Of a stretch of 64,000 bases of DNA, positions 49,082 through 59,014 are shown in pieces. The DNA is taken from NCBI GenBank assembly GCA_964601505.1, contig CAZRNR010000006.1, positions 2,515 to 66,514 on the forward strand, given 5' to 3'. This DNA is from an uncultured bacterium. GTDB taxonomy: Bacteria > Calescibacteriota > Calescibacteriia > Calescibacteriales > Calescibacteriaceae. A program made the translations under genes and the position numbers. Within the stretch, counting starts at the first letter, position 1, and each line of letters begins with the position of its first letter. The notes beneath the pieces are model-generated. The model was not told the origin of the DNA. It worked only from the letters and a program-made list of their open reading frames with translations, and did no database searches.

Positions 49082-49600
49082 TATCACAGTATTTCTGTGC
49101 AAATTTGAAGCAGCTTTTTGATAATGAATTGAAGAATAACCCTAGTAAAATCCTAAGACAAAGTGAAGAAATTTAAATTATTTCTCATAGAAGATATAGC
49201 CTGTAAGACAGAATTTCGATGAGATAAGCACCACAAATAAATCAATTAATTTCTTTGATTTTATAAAATTTACTTACATAAATTTACATCTTAAAAATTA
49301 CCTTAAGACAGCAAGTATTCAGTTCCCTCTTCCCTTGATTATCAAATCAGGAACCTTATCCCTTCAAAACATGAAATTACAATGACCACTAACCAAAAGT
49401 AAATAAAACTTACATAGATCTCAAAGAGAGAAAACGGATCGGCCCGCTGTCAGGATTTTCCATAAAACCTTGAAATAAATCGCTCCAAAACTATTACAAC
49501 TATTTTCAAAATTGCTATGATTTTCTCTTACATAGTTCTCTCACACAGATTATTTCAAATTTTCGTATAAATATATGAACATCGCTTACATTGAAAACCT

Positions 49601-51292
49601 ATGAAGTTTGATGTAAAGAAGTATTATCCAGAACACAGGAGCAACAAGATAAAAGGAGGAGTTGAAAGGGCTCCACATAGAGCATTTCTGAGGGCAGTTG
49701 GGATGAAGGATGAAGATTTTGAAAAACCGCTAATAGCAGTCGCTTCTCCTGCAGGAGAAATAACACCATGCAATCTTAATCTCAACCAACAGACGAGATA
49801 TATAAAAGAAGAGATAAAGAGACAAGGTAAAGGTTTTCCAATAGAGTTTGGCATTATATCGGTAAGTGATGGGATAGGTATGGGACACGAAGGGATGAGA
49901 TATTCGCTCGTATCAAGAGAAATAATTGCGGACTCAATAGAAACTGTTTTGCAGGCACATTTTTATGATGCTTTTATTGGAATAGGAGGTTGCGATAAGA
50001 CAATTCCAGGAACAATAATGGCTATGCTGCGTGTGAATATTCCATCAATATTTTTATACGGCGGGACCATAATGCCTGGGGAATACAATGGGAAAACAAT
50101 AACTATTCAAGATGTCTATGAAGCCGTTGGGCAATATCAAGCAGGTAACATATCAGAAGAAGAACTATACCAGATAGAGTCAAGAGCGTGTCCTGGTGCT
50201 GGCGCTTGTGGAGGGCAGTACACAGCAAATACTATGGCATGTGTTGCTGAGGCTCTTGGAATTGCTCTACCCGGATCATCCTCATACCCAGCAGTTGATC
50301 CTGAAAGAAAATACGTATGCTATGAAGTAGCGCGAAAAATCTGTGAATTGCAAGAAAAAGGTATCAGACCAAGGGACATAGTTACAAAAAAGGCTATTGA
50401 AAATGCCATCGCAGTAGTTGCAGCAACGGGGGGATCAACAAACGCGGTATTACACCTACTTGCAATAGCTCGCGAAGCACAAATTGACCTACGACTTGAT
50501 GACTTCTCAAGAATTAGCAAAAAGGTTCCCCTCATAGCAGATCTAAAACCCGGTGGAAGATTCGTTATGTATGACCTACACAAAGCAGGAGGAGTACCAA
50601 ATATAATGAAGATACTCCTTTCAGAAGGACTCATTCATCCCGACCCAATTACCGTCACAGGAAAGAGCGTTGAAGAAAACCTGAAAGAGATAACACCAAT
50701 CTATTCAGATGTTGTTAGAAGTGCAAAAAATCCATTGAAAAAAGATGGAGGTCTCATCATACTTAAAGGCACATTGGCACCAGAGGGGGCAGTTATGAAG
50801 ATATCTGGGATTATGGCAAAGAAAAAGCATGTCGGCCCCGCAAGAGTTTTTGAAAGCGAACAAGAGTGTTTTGTAGCAGTTCAAAACAGAAAAATAAAAC
50901 CCGGAGATGTGGTCATCATAAGAAACGAGGGGCCAAAAGGAGCCCCAGGTATGCCAGAAATGCTACAGGTTACAGCAGCACTTGTTGGACAAGGACTCAT
51001 AGATCAGATAGCACTCGTTACAGATGGAAGATTCTCCGGAGCAACAAGGGGTATGATGATAGGCCATGTATGTCCTGAAGCTTACGACAAGGGCCCAATA
51101 GCAGTCGTAAAAGATGGAGATATAATCTCCATAGATATTGAAAATGAAACCATAAATATAGAAGTTCCTGAAAACGAGATAAAAATCAGATTGCAAAAAC
51201 TCCCAGACCCAAAACCTAAATTCACATCAGGAGTTCTTGGAAAATACATAAAGATGGTCCAGCCAGCATCAAAGGGAGCAGTAACCCATTGA
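49601..51292 (+). CDS. ilvD: dihydroxy-acid dehydratase
   Basis: 563 aa. [21 protein letters not shown], the cluster-Cys region CPGAGACGG, and [10 protein letters not shown]. Confidence 0.95.
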   Translation: MKFDVKKYYPEHRSNKIKGGVERAPHRAFLRAVGMKDEDFEKPLIAVASPAGEITPCNLNLNQQTRYIKEEIKRQGKGFPIEFGIISVSDGIGMGHEGMRYSLVSREIIADSIETVLQAHFYDAFIGIGGCDKTIPGTIMAMLRVNIPSIFLYGGTIMPGEYNGKTITIQDVYEAVGQYQAGNISEEELYQIESRACPGAGACGGQYTANTMACVAEALGIALPGSSSYPAVDPERKYVCYEVARKICELQEKGIRPRDIVTKKAIENAIAVVAATGGSTNAVLHLLAIAREAQIDLRLDDFSRISKKVPLIADLKPGGRFVMYDLHKAGGVPNIMKILLSEGLIHPDPITVTGKSVEENLKEITPIYSDVVRSAKNPLKKDGGLIILKGTLAPEGAVMKISGIMAKKKHVGPARVFESEQECFVAVQNRKIKPGDVVIIRNEGPKGAPGMPEMLQVTAALVGQGLIDQIALVTDGRFSGATRGMMIGHVCPEAYDKGPIAVVKDGDIISIDIENETINIEVPENEIKIRLQKLPDPKPKFTSGVLGKYIKMVQPASKGAVTH

Positions 51293-51529
51293 CCAAATAC
51301 TGCACATAAAAAATAAAATAAATAAATATAAAAAATATTTCTCCACGCAACATAAAAATTAAAGAATAATTCAAATAGAACAGAGCTTAAAAATCTTATC
51401 TTGATCTATATATCTATCCTCTCAAAATTTTCCTAATTTGAAGACATAAAACCGCAAAATTTACGATTAAGTTCTACCAATATCACAAATTTTTCCATCC
51501 GCAGAACACACAAGAAGTAAAATCATCTT

Positions 51530-52375
51530 ATGGGAAGATATGACGTATCTTTAAAAAATTTGTTGGAGGGTTCTGAAGCAGAAATATTATCTTTATTCGG
51601 GATTAAAGTAAAGAGGTTAAAAGTTCAAGATATTGAATTCTCTGAGGTAAGAGAAAGAAGAGCTGACAGGATATACATTGGGTTTATAAAGTCAAAGAAA
51701 GTTGTATTTCATTTTGAGATACAGTTGCAGTATCAGAGAGAATTCCCGTTGAGGATGCTTGAATATTTTCTCCTTCTGAAAAAGAGGTATAAAGACAATG
51801 AGATCTGGCAGATAGTTTTATGTGTTGGAAATAAAGTTCCTTCAAGATTTGTTCAAAAGACACCATTCAGCGGAGTTGAGTATCATTTCAAAGTTATAGA
51901 CATAACAAAGATACCTTTTAGAAGATTTCAGAATAGTAGGGATCCGAATGTAAATGCTCTTGTGATTTTGAGTAGGGATGTGGATGTGAGAAAGATTTTT
52001 GAGAAGATAATGAATTATAGATTTTTGTCAAGACAGAAGTTAATGGAGTTAGTGAATAAGATATATATACTATCAGTTTTGGTAGGGAGAGATAGGGAGG
52101 TGGAGAGGGAGATGGAAGAGATAGGGAAGATAGACCTGACAAAAACAAGACTCTTTAAAAGAGGTCTAAGAAAAGGTATAGAGAAGGGACTTAAGGAAGG
52201 GCTCAAGGAAGGTATAGAGATAGACATAGAAGAAAGGTTTGGTGAGAAGGGGAAATATTTGGTAGAGCTACTAAAAAACATAAAGGATATAGGGAAATTG
52301 AGGGAGATAAAAAGAGCTATAAACAAAGCGGAAAGTATTCAAGATATTGAAAAAATACTTCGGGACTCAAAATAA
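51530..52375 (+). CDS. Rpn-family / TIGR01784-like PD-(D/E)XK nuclease (putative transposase), DUF4351-like C-terminus
   Basis: 281 aa. The nuclease-core pattern E ... RADRIYIGF ... VFHFEIQ, then RMLEYFLLL. The C-terminus has repetitive KGIEKGLKEGLKEGIE. A relic paralog lies at 40486. Confidence 0.6.
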   Translation: MGRYDVSLKNLLEGSEAEILSLFGIKVKRLKVQDIEFSEVRERRADRIYIGFIKSKKVVFHFEIQLQYQREFPLRMLEYFLLLKKRYKDNEIWQIVLCVGNKVPSRFVQKTPFSGVEYHFKVIDITKIPFRRFQNSRDPNVNALVILSRDVDVRKIFEKIMNYRFLSRQKLMELVNKIYILSVLVGRDREVEREMEEIGKIDLTKTRLFKRGLRKGIEKGLKEGLKEGIEIDIEERFGEKGKYLVELLKNIKDIGKLREIKRAINKAESIQDIEKILRDSK

Positions 52376-52394
52376 ATTTGTAAAGGTTATGTGA

Positions 52395-52600
52395 GTGAAC
52401 TACTCCATCTTATAGAAGATGGAGCTTCCTGCTTCAACGAGTCTATAAGCCTCTCCACAGGCGTAAGTTCGGGTAGTTCCTACCCTACCACCCTTGATGA
52501 ACCTTTGGTTATCAGGGTTATAATTATAATCCGAAACTGACTCAAGTTTTTGCAATTCATCTCCACCCTGTAGAGGATGGAGACTTCTTGCAAGATTCAG
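52395..52600. repeat. 206-nt structured repeat, copy B (better-paired hairpins)
   Basis: Begins 19 nt after the stop of the putative transposase gene. Hairpins: CTCCATCTT-ATAG-AAGATGGAG (52403-52424) and CTCCACCCT-GTAG-AGGATGGAG (52561-52582). Confidence 0.8.
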
Positions 52601-53360
52601 ATTAAAAGTGATTCAGAATGCTTTTGACTACACAACAAGATTTTATCATACCCAATTGCTGACCAATTATCTAAATTCTTACTCAGTTCTAAGGTGTTTA
52701 TCTGGTTAGGTGATAAGTTGGTATTCTACTTCAATCCTGTCTTCTGATATTACCCAAATTGTAAAATATCAAAAATAAAAAACTTCAGAGTAAGTATAAA
52801 AACTTCTACTGATTCCAAATGTAGAACTCCCTAAAAATTACTCTATTAAATATATACGATATCCTTACAAAAAGCTTGAATGAGAGAAGGAAGGTCAGGT
52901 GTTAAGATGTTTCCTGTCAAGGTGATGCAAAGAGAGCCCACAATGTCGTGTATTTGTAATGAAGGATTTAAGTAAGTTTTTACATTTTAATATTTCAGCT
53001 ACTTGAAATCTGCTATTTGCTTAATTAGGAATTACATTTCAATCTTTAATATAGTAAAATAAACGGTATTAAATCCTTTAGTGGTAAGAACTACAAATTT
53101 GAAAGCTTGTATTTTTATAGCTTCGCCACGAGCTGATTTCCTTAACTACTTTGTCAAATAAATATGTACCAAAAATTGTCAATTTCCTCTTGCATTGTAA
53201 GTGGAGGATAAAAATTTGTTGATAGAACACCTAAAGCTTGATTCCATGATTCTTTATTTAGGAACAAAGTGTCATTCCAAAATGGGAAATTAAAATTTTG
53301 AACTTTACAAATCACCAAAATTATCCATTAAAATCTTCCAGAAATTAAGGAGGTAAAGAT

Positions 53361-54065
53361 ATGAGAGGGAAGAGGTATTATGAGAATTTAAAGCTAATAG
53401 ATAGGACCAAGAGATATTCTCTTCATGAGGCATTGGAAACTTTAAAGAAGTTGAAGACGAAATTTGACGAAACAGTAGAAGTGCATGTAAAGCTTGGGAT
53501 AGATCCAAAAAGAACAGATCAGGCAGTAAGAGGAAGCGCCGTACTGCCACAGGGGACTGGGAAACCCAAGAGAGTCCTTGTCATAACTAAGGGAGAAAAG
53601 ATAAAGGAAGCATCTCAGGCAGGTGCAGATGAGGTAAAAGATGAGTCATTCATAAAAGAGATTTTAGAAAAGAAGCAGGCTCCGGAATTTGATGTCATAA
53701 TTGCAACACCAGATGTTATGGGAGAGATATCAAAAGCCGGGAAAATCTTAGGTCCCAAGGGTCTCATGCCGAATCCAAAATCCGGGACACTTACAACAGA
53801 TATCAAAAAGGCGGTGCAAGATGCCAAAAAGGGTATGGTTGAAATAAAAACAGATAAAGGTGGATGCATTCATGCTCCATGCGGTAAGATTTCCTGGGAA
53901 CTAGAAAAGCTGGAAGAAAACATTGAGAGCTTTATAAAAACCCTGGTTTCACTCAAACCTCCAACAGCTAAAGGAAACTTCATCAGGAGTATCACTGTAG
54001 CCTCAACGCATAGTCCCGGTATCAAAATAGATCCGAACTCTATATTCAGAAAGAAATCTAAGTAA
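53361..54065 (+). CDS. rplA: 50S ribosomal protein L1
   Basis: 234 aa. FDETVEVHVKLGIDP ... DQAVRG and GKILGPKGLMPNPKSGT. SD AAGGAGGT. No adjacent rplK or rplJ. Confidence 0.93.
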   Translation: MRGKRYYENLKLIDRTKRYSLHEALETLKKLKTKFDETVEVHVKLGIDPKRTDQAVRGSAVLPQGTGKPKRVLVITKGEKIKEASQAGADEVKDESFIKEILEKKQAPEFDVIIATPDVMGEISKAGKILGPKGLMPNPKSGTLTTDIKKAVQDAKKGMVEIKTDKGGCIHAPCGKISWELEKLEENIESFIKTLVSLKPPTAKGNFIRSITVASTHSPGIKIDPNSIFRKKSK

Positions 54066-55211
54066 TTATAGCCTAACTTTACTCAAAATATCGGCTGCCT
54101 TTTCTATTTTATTTGTTGTCAAAGATAATCTAACGAATCCTTCTCCACTGGGACCGAGACCTATGCCTGGGGTCAATATTATACCATATTTTTCTATGAG
54201 GTTTTTGACAAACTCCCTTGAGCTTCCACCGCAATTTATCCATATATAGAATGTTGCCTTTGGACTTTTGAAACTAAATCCACCTTTGCGCAAAGCTTCC
54301 TCCATCTTATCCTTTCTCTTTCTGTAGATTTCTCTTATCTCAGGAACTATCTTATCATAATTTTCAATAGCAAACTTCGCTGCCATCTGAACAGCTCTAA
54401 AAGCACCTGAATCCGTATTCGTTTTGACTTTCCCCAGAGCAGAAACAACTTGCTTATTACCGACAGCAATTCCTATTCTCCACCCAGCCATAGAGAAAGT
54501 CTTTGAAAAGGAGTGAAACTCTATAGCAGAAACTGATTTATCTTTAACCGCTTGGAAGAAAGAGATAGGAGGACTATCAAAATATATTTCAGAATAAGCC
54601 AGATCTACGGCCACAACAAAGCCATATTTTTTTGAATAAAAAGCAATCTTTTTGTAATATTCCTCATCAGCACATGCAGTAGTTGGATTATTGGGATAAC
54701 AAATCCAAACCATCTTTGTGCGGGATAGTATATCTTGCGGAACATTCTCTATATCTAAAAGAAAACCTTTTTCCTCTTTCAAGGGAATATTAAACACTTT
54801 TCCTCCACAGAATTTGGTCCAAATAGAATAAACAGGATAAGCCGGATCGGGACAAATAACCAGATCCCCCGGGTCAATGAAAGCAATGTGAATGTGTGCT
54901 ATCCCTTCCTTTGAGCCTATAAGAACAAGGGATTCATCAGGATCAAAGTCAAAGCCAAATCTTCTTGAATACCAACTAACAAAGGATTCTCTAAAAGATT
55001 TATCTCCTTCGTATGATGGATAACCATGATTGCGCGGGTCTTCTGCCTCTTCTTGAAGTTTCCTAACTATCAGGGGATGTGTGGGAAGATCTGGATCACC
55101 TATGCTAACGTCTATTACCTCAACCCCTTGCTCAATCTTTTTTCTTTTTATCTCATCAAGCTCCGCAAAAAGATAAGGTGGCAAAGATTTTATTCTCTCA
55201 GAAAGCTTCAT
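54066..55211 (-). CDS. class I/II PLP-dependent aminotransferase (LL-diaminopimelate aminotransferase-like)
   Basis: 381 aa. N-terminal SLPPYLFAELD. PLP-Lys region SFSKTFSMAGWRIG. The specific substrate assignment is tentative. Confidence 0.8.
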   Translation of the reverse strand: MKLSERIKSLPPYLFAELDEIKRKKIEQGVEVIDVSIGDPDLPTHPLIVRKLQEEAEDPRNHGYPSYEGDKSFRESFVSWYSRRFGFDFDPDESLVLIGSKEGIAHIHIAFIDPGDLVICPDPAYPVYSIWTKFCGGKVFNIPLKEEKGFLLDIENVPQDILSRTKMVWICYPNNPTTACADEEYYKKIAFYSKKYGFVVAVDLAYSEIYFDSPPISFFQAVKDKSVSAIEFHSFSKTFSMAGWRIGIAVGNKQVVSALGKVKTNTDSGAFRAVQMAAKFAIENYDKIVPEIREIYRKRKDKMEEALRKGGFSFKSPKATFYIWINCGGSSREFVKNLIEKYGIILTPGIGLGPSGEGFVRLSLTTNKIEKAADILSKVRL

Positions 55212-55267
55212 ATCTTTTCTTTATTGTTTTGCTCAGATAAAATAAGTGTTTAATCAGATATTTTTTC

Positions 55268-56317
55268 CTAATCAGATGGATAATCTGGAAGAATTTCGCG
55301 ATTATCTACTTTTTTCAATGCTCTTTCGTATTTTGATCTCTCTATACTCTTAAGGTGCTGATCATATGTCTCGGAGAAAAAATGAGTTCCGTCTGGTCTA
55401 GCAACAAAATACAAAAACTTTGTTTTCTTAGGTTTCAACACAGCATCAAGAGAGGAAACAATTGGATTACATATCGGAGTTGGTGGTAATCCTCTTCTTG
55501 TGTATGTATTATACTCGTTATCTATTTTAAAATCAGAAGGTTTTGGTGGACGTGTGAAAATCTTCAGACCGTACATAACAGTAGGATCAGCTTGAAGAGG
55601 CATACCTATCTTCATGCGATTTAGATAAACAGAAGATATTATAGGTTTTTCAAATTCAAACTGAGCTTCAGATTCAATTATGGAAGCCAATATCAAAGAT
55701 TTGTAAAGTCCCATCTGACTCTTCTCCAACATTTGAATTCTCTCTTTTCCCAACTTCACAAAAAAGTTCTCAACCATCTTAGCTATTATGTCCTTTGGGT
55801 GAGTTCCTTTGAAGAAAAAATATTTATCTGGATATAAAAATCCCTCAACAGATGGATAATCTAGGCCAATCTTTCTAAGAAAGTCTCTATCAAAAGAATA
55901 TTTGATAAACTCATCCCTATCATAAATTATCCCCTTGTTAATAAGCTCATCGGCTATGTGATATATTGTCCAACATGGTATAACAGTTATGTCACGCCTA
56001 AAGTTTGAACCCAACTTGAACATATCGATCAGGTCCTGAATAGAGATAAAACCATCTAAAGCATATTCGCCAGCCTTAAAATCCTTATAATGCTTTTTAG
56101 ACAAAATATAAAAGACAACGTGATTATCTATTAATCCTAGATTGTGTAGTCTTCTTGCAATACTAATCAAATCTTCGCCAAGTCTTATTTCAAATATAAC
56201 ATCATGAACTTCTTTCTTTTTCTGTAGATTATATAAAAGAAACAAATAGGAGAAAAATGAACCAAGAATAAGAAAAAGCGAAAATCCCAAAAATAAATAC
56301 AATAATTTTCTCTTCAC
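55268..56317 (-). CDS. mltG: endolytic murein transglycosylase MltG (YceG-like)
   Basis: 349 aa. An N-terminal TM anchor, then the YceG domain (ASIIESEA ... VYLNRMKIGMPLQADPTV ... YNTYTRRGLPPTPICNP). Confidence 0.85.
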   Translation of the reverse strand: MKRKLLYLFLGFSLFLILGSFFSYLFLLYNLQKKKEVHDVIFEIRLGEDLISIARRLHNLGLIDNHVVFYILSKKHYKDFKAGEYALDGFISIQDLIDMFKLGSNFRRDITVIPCWTIYHIADELINKGIIYDRDEFIKYSFDRDFLRKIGLDYPSVEGFLYPDKYFFFKGTHPKDIIAKMVENFFVKLGKERIQMLEKSQMGLYKSLILASIIESEAQFEFEKPIISSVYLNRMKIGMPLQADPTVMYGLKIFTRPPKPSDFKIDNEYNTYTRRGLPPTPICNPIVSSLDAVLKPKKTKFLYFVARPDGTHFFSETYDQHLKSIERSKYERALKKVDNREILPDYPSD

Positions 56318-56351
56318 ATAAAAATATTAATCTGTTTTTTAAACGATAACA

Positions 56352-57332
56352 ATGAAGGAGAGAGTTTTATCTGGAATGCGGCCAACAGGTAATTTGCACA
56401 TAGGACATCTTAAAAGTGTCCTTGAAATATGGAAAAAGCTTCAAGATGAAAACGAATGTTTTTACTTAGTTGCCGATATACACGCGCTAACAACAGATTG
56501 GGAAGAGTCAAAGGAGATCAGGAAAAGAAGTGTTGAGATGGTAAAAGACTGGTTGGCAAGTGGGATATCTCCTGAAAAATCTACAATAATACTTCAGTCT
56601 TCCGTTCCACAGCATACTGAACTTACGACATATCTTGGAATGATAACTCCTCTTGGACTTCTTGAAAGAAATCCAACTTATAAAGATTTCGCTCAAGAGT
56701 ATGAAGATAAGACGAAGATATCAAATCTTGGATTTTTTGCTTACCCAGTTTTGCAGGCTGCAGACATACTTATATACAAAGCGAATAAAGTTCCTGTTGG
56801 GAAGGATCAAGTGCCTCACATAGAGATAACAAGGGACATAGCGGAAAAATTCAACAAGACATTCGGTGATGTGTTCCCTCTGCCAGTTCCTATTCTATCA
56901 GAAGTTTCAAAGATTCTTGGAGCAGATGGTAGAAAAATGTCAAAATCATATGGAAACGCAATAATGCTAACAGAAAGCATAAGCTCAATAAAGGAGAAAG
57001 TGAAAATTTATATGACAGATACTGCGAGGAAGACCAAAAGAGATCCAGGTGAGCCGGAAAGGTGTCCGCTTTACACACTCCACAGAGTTTTCACGCCAGC
57101 TGATGTTAGAACGGAGATAGAAGAAAACTGCAGAACCGCATCATTTGGTTGCCTTGATTGTAAAAAAATACTACTCAATTATCTAATCCCAGAAATAGAA
57201 AATTTTCAAGAGAAAAGAAAGTCTGTGGAGAATAACAATGATGTTATGGATATAATAGAGCAAGGCAGTAAAAAGGCTAGGGATTTCGCAGAGAAAACCA
57301 TGGAAGATGTAAAAAAAGCTATATTTGGATAA
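56352..57332 (+). CDS. trpS: tryptophan--tRNA ligase
   Basis: 326 aa. HIGH motif (TGNLHIGH) and KMSKS. Confidence 0.93.
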   Translation: MKERVLSGMRPTGNLHIGHLKSVLEIWKKLQDENECFYLVADIHALTTDWEESKEIRKRSVEMVKDWLASGISPEKSTIILQSSVPQHTELTTYLGMITPLGLLERNPTYKDFAQEYEDKTKISNLGFFAYPVLQAADILIYKANKVPVGKDQVPHIEITRDIAEKFNKTFGDVFPLPVPILSEVSKILGADGRKMSKSYGNAIMLTESISSIKEKVKIYMTDTARKTKRDPGEPERCPLYTLHRVFTPADVRTEIEENCRTASFGCLDCKKILLNYLIPEIENFQEKRKSVENNNDVMDIIEQGSKKARDFAEKTMEDVKKAIFG

Positions 57333-58153
57333 TGAGCCAATCATTAGAGAAAGATAAAAAACTGGAGAAAAGAGAAAATCAGAGTAAAGAAGTAGGAAAT
57401 GAAGAAGAAAAAAAATTAAATAAAGAGAGAGAAAACCAACAGAGTGATGATGAGATAACTCTTGAGACAATATTGGAATACCTTGAGGAACTCAGAAAGC
57501 ACCTTATAATACCAACCGTTGTTTTCATCGTTATGTTTTTGGCAAGTGTTCCATTCTCCAAAAAAATTCTTGAGATGTTTTTATATCCTTTCAGAGATAT
57601 CATATCCGAATTTGTTTTCATAAAGCCATTTGAATCTTTCTGGATTCATATCAAAGCATCTGTATATCTTTCACTTTTTGTTTCCATACCTTTTTTTATA
57701 TGGAGGATATGGCTTTTTGTTTCCCCAGCTCTCTACGAACACGAAAGAAAAATGGCAAGGGCAGTTATACTCGTAATCTCAATACTTTTTATCTTAGGTT
57801 CAACATTTGGATATTTTTTAGTTCTACCTGCTTCTTTAAGGTTTCTGATAAACTCTTTTTCCTCTGAAAAAATAAAGGCTATGATAACAATATCGGAATT
57901 TTTCTCCTTCTGTCTGAAATTTTCTTTGATATTTGGGGCAGCATTTCAAACACCGATCATAATAATTCTGTTAATAAAAACTGGGCTTGTCGAGAGACAG
58001 ACTCTTGTCAAGATGAGGCCATATTCTATCGTTTTTGCATTCATAGTGTCGGCAATAGTTACACCCACCCCAGATGCTCTAACTCAAATAGCATTAGCAA
58101 TACCACTGATAATACTCTGGGAAGGAGGAATATTTATAGCAAAATTCCTTTAA
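57332..58153 (+). CDS. tatC: twin-arginine translocase subunit TatC (with charged N-terminal extension)
   Basis: 273 aa. Six TM helices with TatC-like spacing after a ~45-aa K/E-rich N-terminus. The start overlaps the trpS stop (TAATG). Confidence 0.88.
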   Translation: MSQSLEKDKKLEKRENQSKEVGNEEEKKLNKERENQQSDDEITLETILEYLEELRKHLIIPTVVFIVMFLASVPFSKKILEMFLYPFRDIISEFVFIKPFESFWIHIKASVYLSLFVSIPFFIWRIWLFVSPALYEHERKMARAVILVISILFILGSTFGYFLVLPASLRFLINSFSSEKIKAMITISEFFSFCLKFSLIFGAAFQTPIIIILLIKTGLVERQTLVKMRPYSIVFAFIVSAIVTPTPDALTQIALAIPLIILWEGGIFIAKFL

Positions 58154-58974
58154 CTCCTTTTCTTAGCCTTCTTTTTATCCTTTAAGATTTGTTTCTTCTT
58201 TTTAATTTCTTTTCTTTTCTTCGCCTTCTTCAGTTCCTTCGCCTTCTTCATCTTTATCTTTTCAGGCTTTTCCTTTGCCCTCTTTGCTCTTCTTTCTGTT
58301 TCAACTTCTTCCAAATCTTCCTCTTCCTCCTCATCTTCATATTTATCTTCTTTCCTAAATTCCTCTTCTATCTCTTCCTCTACTTGCTCCTTTATCTCTT
58401 TATCAAATTCTACTTCTTCTTCTAAAACTTGCGATTCTATACCATGCTCTTCCTCAGCCAAATCAGTTTCCTCCAACTCTTCTTCCTCCTCCTCTTCCTC
58501 GCTTTCTGGAGAGACTCTCAATCCTTCCTCCTCTCCCAATTTCTCCTCCGATACTTCCTCATCCTGAGTGATTTCTTCATCGGAAAACGATACACGATCA
58601 GATTCAGGCAGTTCCATCTCAACCTTCAAGGCTTGTTCCTCTATCTCAAGTTTTTCTTGACAATCTATACAGTATCTAACATATGGTACTTCAATCAGTC
58701 TTTCTTTATCTATTTCTACACCACAAAATTCACAGAAACCATAACTACCAGATTCTATCTTCTCTATAGCATGCTCAACCATCTTCAAAGTCTCTACATC
58801 TATTGATGAAGCTATATGTTCAACATCTCTTATTTTTTCCACTGAAGTCATATCAAAAACATCAGTCTTTTCCTCATCTGGTATATTAGATACCTGATAC
58901 GACCTTGAAAGTATCTGAGCTTTCAAATCCAAAAGCTTTTTCTTAACAGAGTTCAAGAAGTTTACATCTATCAT
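58150..58974 (-). CDS. DksA/TraR-family C4 zinc-finger protein with long acidic-then-basic C-terminal extension
   Basis: 274 aa. CEFCGVEI ... CIDC (4 Cys) lies within the first ~110 aa. An E/D-rich stretch of roughly 125 aa and a poly-Lys tail of roughly 35-40 aa follow. Confidence 0.75.
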   Translation of the reverse strand: MIDVNFLNSVKKKLLDLKAQILSRSYQVSNIPDEEKTDVFDMTSVEKIRDVEHIASSIDVETLKMVEHAIEKIESGSYGFCEFCGVEIDKERLIEVPYVRYCIDCQEKLEIEEQALKVEMELPESDRVSFSDEEITQDEEVSEEKLGEEEGLRVSPESEEEEEEEELEETDLAEEEHGIESQVLEEEVEFDKEIKEQVEEEIEEEFRKEDKYEDEEEEEDLEEVETERRAKRAKEKPEKIKMKKAKELKKAKKRKEIKKKKQILKDKKKAKKRS

Positions 58975-59014
58975 AGCTGAAACACAAAAATAATAAGATT
59001 ACATGAGGACGAAG

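Noticed and set aside
52879-52950. SRP-RNA-like strings (GAAGGAAGG, GTCAGGT) in the spacer before rplA.
   Set aside because: The order and pairing do not reproduce the domain IV hairpin with a GNRA loop. Only a 4-bp stem can be drawn.
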